Notes under the pieces: model-generated
Database searches by the model: none
What the model was told of the DNA's origin: nothing
The model's input: the letters and a program-made list of their open reading frames with translations, nothing else
From: Scyliorhinus canicula
Lineage: Eukaryota
DNA length: 64,000 nucleotides
NCBI RefSeq assembly: GCF_902713615.1
Contig: NC_052153.1
Coordinates: forward strand, 94,242,301 to 94,306,300
Direction: 5' to 3'
Made by a program: the position numbers and the translations under genes
In this document: piece after piece, positions 57,832 through 64,000 of the stretch
Numbering within the stretch: position 1 is the stretch's first letter
Layout: every line of letters starts with the position of its first letter

Positions 57832-60794
57832 GGTGATTCATTTTGGAAGGAATAACAGGAAGACAGAGTACTGGGCTAATGGTAAGATTCTTGGTCGTAT
57901 GGACGAGCAGAGAGATCTCGGTGTCCATGTCCATAGATCCCTGAAAGATGCCACCCAGGTTGAGAGGGTTGTTAAGAAGGCGTAGGGTATGTTAGCTTTT
58001 ATTGGTAGAGGAATTGAGTTTCGGAGCCATGAGGTCATGTTGCAGTTGTACAAAACTCTGGCGCGACCGCATTTGGAGTATTGCGTGCAGTTCTGGTCGC
58101 CGCATTATAGGAAGGATGTGGAAGCACGAGGGCCGAAGGGCCTGTACTGCACTGTAATATTCTATGTTCTAAATCTTTTATAAATATAAGCAGAGTTTCT
58201 GGACCAGGCAAAGACAACCTGTTTTGGAAGGCACACTTTTCCCAGGTTGGATGAAAACAACAACTTACATTTCTGTAGTGCCTTTAAAATCTTAAGATGT
58301 TCCACAGTGCTTCACAGGACTACTATCAAAAATCTTGACACTGAGCCACATAAGGAAATATTAGGACAGAGGTTCATAAGCTTGGTCCAAGAGAGAGGAA
58401 AATAGAGCAGTTTAAGGAGGAATTAAAGAGTTTTGAGTCCGAGGCAGCCAAACAAAAGTGTGTTAATGGTGGAGCAACAAAAATCAGAGGTGGTCAGAGA
58501 TCAGAATTTAAGGAACGCAGAAATCTTGGAGAAGGTTGCGGAGATGAGGGGTGTGCAGAACTCAGACTTTTTGACACCCGAGAGATCATAGCAAGGCGGT
58601 TCGATTGGCTGGTTGGTGGCAGTGATTGGGTCCTACGCAAGTGAAATAGTTTTCAGAGTTCTGATGTTCAAAATGCTATGTCTCCTGTAGCACTGTGTAC
58701 TATTTTGCAACTTTTGCTCCTCACTTCCTCCGCTCGATGTGAAGGTATATATGCCCATTAAATATCCATGGATCAAAATGATAATCACAAAGTAAAAGAA
58801 ATGGGAAATAAGGGAATCAACAGGAAGAGCGCTTACAATATATTTATAACCTGTATGCTTTAATTTAACCGAAATATCACCTAAACTCAACTCAAAATCC
58901 ATGCAAGAGTAAATAGTTGTAGTAAAATCAACCAAATCAGTAGGCCCGTTTTAGTAGCGAACAACTTGTAAATTTTCATAAAACAATGCATCATCCTATG
59001 AAGCATTCAGATTATGGTTAAGCTGAATGCAGGTGACCAAGCACAGCCAAGAGTGACTATCGGTTGGGTTTGTGATGCACATTACAATCACTCTTTAGCA
59101 CAAAAACGCCATCATGTTCTTTTGTTCCATCAACTTCAAGGAGTCTCAGAACAGATATAAGATGGAATATCAACTCAGCAAAGCTCTATTTATTCTTTGA
59201 TCTTGCCATTGAGCTCTTTCTGTGGGACACTGCTGTATTTTTTTATTTTTATTACTGGCAATCATTGTGATTTCCCTTGAGTGAAAACTCCCAAATCATG
59301 CCTGTTTCTGATGTTTATTATTTAATTTATGAGATGTGGGTGCCGTTGGTTAAGCCAGCATTTATTGTCCATCCCTAATTGCCCTTGAGAAGGTGGCGGT
59401 GAGCTGACTTCTTGAACCTCTGCAGTCGATGTGGTGTTAGTACACCCACAATGCTGTCAGGGCAGATGTTCCAGCATTTTGACCCAGCAACAGCGAAGGA
59501 ACGGCGGTATAGTTCCAAGTCAGAATGGCGAGTTATTTGAGTTGTGTTTTTTTGGTGCCTCATAACAGCTTTCATCACTTCAGCCTAGTTCGAATGTGGA
59601 CCTAAGCCTTGGTGGTGAGATATTCTGCACCACACGGCCCCTAAAGCAACCCTCAACAAAACCATTATTTGCACACTGTTATAATAAATGTTATAATAAA
59701 TACTGTTATAATAATGGGGCGGCACAGTAGCACAGTGATTAGCACTGTTGCTTCACAGTGCCAGGGTTTCAGGTTCGATACCCGCTTGGGTCACTGTCTG
59801 TGCGGATCCTCCCCGTGTCTGTGTAGGTTTCTTCCGGGTGCTCCGGTTTCCTCCCGCAAGTCCCGAAAGACGTGCTGTTAGATAAATTGGACATTCTGAA
59901 TTCTCCCTCAGTATACCCGAACAGGTGACAGAGGGGCTTTTCACAGTAACCTCATTGCAGTGTTAATGTAAGCCTATGTGTGACAACAAAGATTATTATT
60001 ATAAAAATCACTAAAAATGAAAGCTTTCAATGAGATGGTGAAATTTGAGGCATATATCTAATAATACCAAACAGGGCATATTCTCATTTTAGCAGTGGGC
60101 GCAACTGAGATATTGGGCATGATTTTGTGGTCCCCTGCCAGAGGGTTTGAGGGGGGCACATAAAATACAGCAGTTGGCCTCCCCACTGCCTGCCCAGTCC
60201 CGTCTCAGGGAACAGTGGAGGCATTGGACTGCCTGCCTGCCCTTGAGCCTATTGAAGCCCTTAACTGACCAATTAATGACCACTCTAATGAGAGAACGAA
60301 GGGTGGAAATTACAGAGACTGGTCACACTTTTTTTCATTCCTCCTTGGATATGGGGGTGGGGTAAGAGGACTGGAGGATTGTAAATGTTACACCTATGTT
60401 TAAAATGGGTGAAGAGATAAACCCCAGAAACCATAGGCAAAGTGAGAGAACTTTTACAAAGAAAAATCCAAGACAAGATTAATTGGCATTTGGAAAAGTA
60501 TAGGCTAATTAAATGAAAGTCAGCATGGATTTGTTAAAGAAAAATACATTTGATTGAATTCTTTAATGAAGTAATGGAGAGAGTTGATTCTCTATATCGA
60601 CTTTCAAAAAGCATTTATTAGATACGTTAGCAAAATTAAAAATGTGTTTTGTATACCACTGATCTGGATACTCTTCTGGAAAGAAAGTAATGAAGTGAGA
60701 AATGAACAGACAGCTGAAGGATTGACATAATATCATACATCTTACAGAAATACAAGATCACAAATATCTTTCTTTTTCAGCAACTGCAGGATTT

Positions 60795-60848
60795 ATGCAT
60801 CATCGTTTCATGAATTCAGAAGCAAAGTTTATTCGAGATTCGTTTTGA
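60795..60848 (+). other. Upstream ORF in the NMRK 5'UTR exon (MHHRFMNSEAKFIRDSF*)
   Basis: ATGs at 60795 and 60810 are in frame with the main ATG at 60858. TGA at 60846-60848 stops the frame 9 nt before the main start. Confidence 0.6.
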
Positions 60849-60857
60849 AAGCTGGAA

Positions 60858-60886
60858 ATGGAAAAACTTATTGTTGGAATTGGAGG
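60858..60886 (+). CDS. NMRK1: Nicotinamide riboside kinase, first coding exon (beta strand leading into the P-loop)
   Basis: ATG GAA AAA CTT ATT GTT GGA ATT GGA GG|gtaagt = MEKLIVGIG(G). It resembles NMRK N-termini (human NMRK1 MKTFIIGISG, NMRK2 MKLIVGIGG). 29 coding nt with a phase-2 donor. An acceptor tctttctttttcag ends at 60780, giving exon 60781-60886. NMRK1 is the known head-to-head neighbour of OSTF1 in human. Confidence 0.85.
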
Positions 60887-61586
60887 GTAAGTATGAGTGA
60901 ATTTAAATAACTGTTGCTGAGTTTATTAATGTACATGTGAGAGTATGTGGGTGAGATTACTTTCCCTGTATTTACTTATCTGGAATTATTACTTACAAAA
61001 GACAAACAGCACAAAAATAGACCATGCTAGTGTTTCATAGAATCCCTACAATGCAGAAGGAGGCCATTCAGCCCATCGAGTCTTCATCAACCCTCTGAAA
61101 GAGCACCCTACCTAGGCCCCTGCCCTAACCCCTTAACCCCACCTAACCTTTTGGACACTAAGGGGCAATTTAACGTGGCCAATCCACCTAACCTGCACAT
61201 CTTTGAACTGTGGAGGGCGGGTCATAGCACGCAGACACGGGGAGCACATGCATACTCCACTGACAGTCGCCCAAGGTGGGAATTGAACCCGGGTCCGTGG
61301 TGTTGTGAGGCAACAGTGCTAACCACTGTGCTATCGTGCCACCCCACAACTGTAAACAGTTTTTGAACTGTCATTCAACTCAAAGCTGCCCTTTCACTCT
61401 TGTTTTTTCGTTTGCTCACTCACTTTTGGTTGCTTTTTTGATGTTAATGCTTACTGGCATTCCCTTTTGCTTCTTTTGTGCATCCTTTCTAACATAGTTT
61501 GCCTCAGGGAATCATTTTATTAACTGCTGCATACAGATTCTGTTTTGCAGCTTAGCTCTTCCCTCATAATTAATTAACATCCAGCT

Positions 61587-64000
61587 GTGGACGCAATCGA
61601 GACTCCAGGATGGTATGTTGCCTCCCTGGCGCAAGGGTCAAGGATATCTCGGAGCGGCTGCAGGACATTCTCGGGGGGGGAGGGTGAACAGCCAGCTGTC
61701 GTGGTGAACATAGGTACCAACGATATAGATAAAAAACGGGATGAAGTCCTACAAGCTGAATTCAGGGAGTTAGGAGTTAAACTAAAAAGTAGGACCTCAA
61801 GGGTAGTAATCTCAGGATTGCTACCAGTGCCATAAGCTAGTCAGAGTAGGAATGTCAGGATAGATAGGATGAATGTGTGGCTCGAGAGATGGTGCAAGAG
61901 GGAGGGATTCAAATTCCTGGGGCATTGGGACCGGTTCTGGGGAGGTGGGACCAGTACAAACCAGACGGTCTGCACCTGGGCAGGACTGGAACCGATGTCC
62001 TAGGGGGGTGTTTGCTAGAGCTGTTGGGGAGGGTTTAAACTAATGTGGCAGGGGGATGGGAACCGATGCAGGAAGTTGGAAGGTAGTAAAACAGGGACAG
62101 AAGCAAAAGGAAGTAAGGGGGAAAGTGCAAGACAGAGAAGACATAGTCAAAAATCAAAAAGGGCGACAGTACAAGGTACAGTGACTGAGGGGAGCTCAGT
62201 GAATAGGCCCAGTAATACTAAAAGGAGTAAAACTGGAGATGTTAAGATTCAAAACAGAGGTAAAAAAACCAACATAAGTGTACTGTACCTGAATGCTCGT
62301 AGTATTCGGAATAAAGTAAATGAGTTGATGGCGCAAATCATTGTGAATGACTATGATTTAGTGGCCATTACTGAAACATGATTAAAGGATGGTCACGACT
62401 GGGAGTTAAATATCCAAGGGTATCAAAATATTCGGAAGGACAGAGTGGATGGTAAGGGAGGTGGTGTAGCTCTGTTATTTAAGGATGACATCCGGGCAAT
62501 AGTTAGGGATGATATCGGTGCTATGGAGGATAAGGTTGAATCCATTTGGGTGGAAATCAGGAATAGTAAGGCGAAAAAGTCACTGATAGGAGTAGTCTAT
62601 CGGCCACCAAATAGTAACATTATGGTGGGGCAGGCAATAGACAAAGAGATAACTGATGCATGTAGAAATGGTACAGCAGTTATCATGGGGGATTTTAATC
62701 TACATGCCGATTGGTTTAACCAAGTCGGTCAAGGCAACCTTGAGGAGGAGTTTATAGAATGTATCCGCGATAGTTTCCTAGAACAGTATGTAATGGAACC
62801 TACGAGGGAACAAGCGGTCCTAGATCTTGTCCTGTGTAATGAAACAGGATTGATTCATGATCTCATAGTTAGGGATCCTCTCGGAAGGAGCGATCACAAT
62901 ATGGTGGAATTTAAAATACAGATGGAGGGTGAGAAGGTAAAATCAAATACTAGTGTTTTGTGTTTAAACAAAGGAGATTACAAGGGGATGAGAGAAGAAC
63001 TAGCTAAGGTAGACTGGGAGCAAAGACTTTATGGTGGAACAGTGGAGAACCTTCCAAGCGATTTTTCACAGTGCTCAGCAAAGGTTTATACCTACAAAAA
63101 GGAAGGACGGTAGAAAGAGGGAAAATCAACCGTGGATATCTAAGGAAATAAGGGAGAGTATCAAATTGAAGGAAAGAGCATACAAAGTGGCAAAGATTGG
63201 TGGGAGACTAGAGGACTGGGAAATATTTAAGGGGCAACAGAAAGCAACTAAAAAAGCTAAAAAGAAGAGTAAGATAGAGTATGAGAGTAAACTTGCTCAG
63301 AATATAAAAACAGACAGCAAAGGTTTTTACAAATATATAAAGCAAAAAAGAGTGGCTAAGGTAAATATGGTCCTTTAGAGGATGAGAAGGGAGTTTTAAT
63401 AATGGGAGATGAGGAAATGGCTGAGGAACTGAACAGGTTTTTTGGGTCGGTCTTCACAGTGGAAGACACAAATAACATAGCAGCGACTGATAGAAATGAG
63501 GCTATGACAGGTGAGGACCTTGAGAGGATTGTTATCACTAAGGAGGTAGTGATGGGCAAGCTAATGGGGCTAAAGGTAGACAAGTCTCCTGGCCCTGATG
63601 GAATGCATCCCAGAGTGCTAAAAGAGATGGCTAAGGAAATTGCAGATGCACTAGTGATGATTTACCAAAATTCACTAGACTCTGGGGTGGTCCCGGTGGA
63701 TTGGAAATTAGCAAACGTGACACCACTGTTTAAAAAAGGAGGTAGGCAGAGAGCAGGAAATTATAGGCCAGTGAGTTTAACATCGGTAGTAGGGAAGATG
63801 CTGGAATCTATCATCAAAGAAGAAATAGCGAGGCATCTGGATAGAAATTGTCCCATTGGGCAGACGCAGCATGGGTTCATAAAGGACAGGTCGTGCCTAA
63901 CTAATTTAGTGGAATTTTTTGAGGACATTACCAGTGCAGTAGATAACAGGGAGCCAATGGATGTGGTATATCTGGATTTCCAGAAAGCTTTTGACAAGGT
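61587..64000 (+). mobile_element. Young CR1 LINE: ORF1 esterase (SGNH-like) 3' part plus ORF2 endonuclease and RT, continuing out of the window
   Basis: ORF1 has VVVNIGTNDI, VVISGLLPVP and DGLHL. ORF2 has [52 protein letters not shown] and DFQKAFDKV. Only a few lesions (TGA at 62379, frameshifts near 63045 and 63368). Confidence 0.93.

Larger units (their letters stand above)
52683..58170 (+). mobile_element. CR1-type LINE ORF2 fragment (RT) split by the Gypsy insertion
   Basis: 52683-53311 encodes [33 protein letters not shown] and FADDT. It resumes at 57832 with VIHFGRNN...RDLGV and RPHLEYCVQFW, and ends in a ctatgttct tail. Confidence 0.92.

Overview
Vertebrate genomic DNA, almost certainly a shark or other elasmobranch, inferred from the abundant HE1/V-SINE-type SINEs and shark-type CR1 LINEs. 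The window covers the head-to-head OSTF1 / NMRK1 locus. OSTF1 runs on the minus strand: coding exon 1 at 34408-34375 (MSKPPPKPAKP-G) and exon 2 at 3266-3220 (QVRVYRALFAFEPRT), separated by a ~31 kb intron. An NMRK-type first coding exon (MEKLIVGIGG) lies on the plus strand at 60858-60886. A CpG-rich promoter with a higher-order ~39-bp minisatellite lies just upstream of OSTF1. The remainder is mostly transposon debris: CR1, L2, L1 and Rex1/Babar LINEs, about 25 tRNA-derived SINEs with interchangeable tails, solo LTRs and three Gypsy-type elements. One Gypsy element is nearly complete (53312-57831; 281-bp LTRs, GGTGA target-site duplication). It has no tRNA primer-binding site. Instead, the sequence at that position is complementary to its own LTR across the poly(A) signal, and its RT motif reads YLDN. 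This suggests tRNA-independent self-priming and/or poly(A) occlusion, and is the most interesting signal in the window. Most ORFs in the supplied track are repeat-derived or spurious. All calls were made by eye with no database searches, and repeat boundaries are approximate unless stated.
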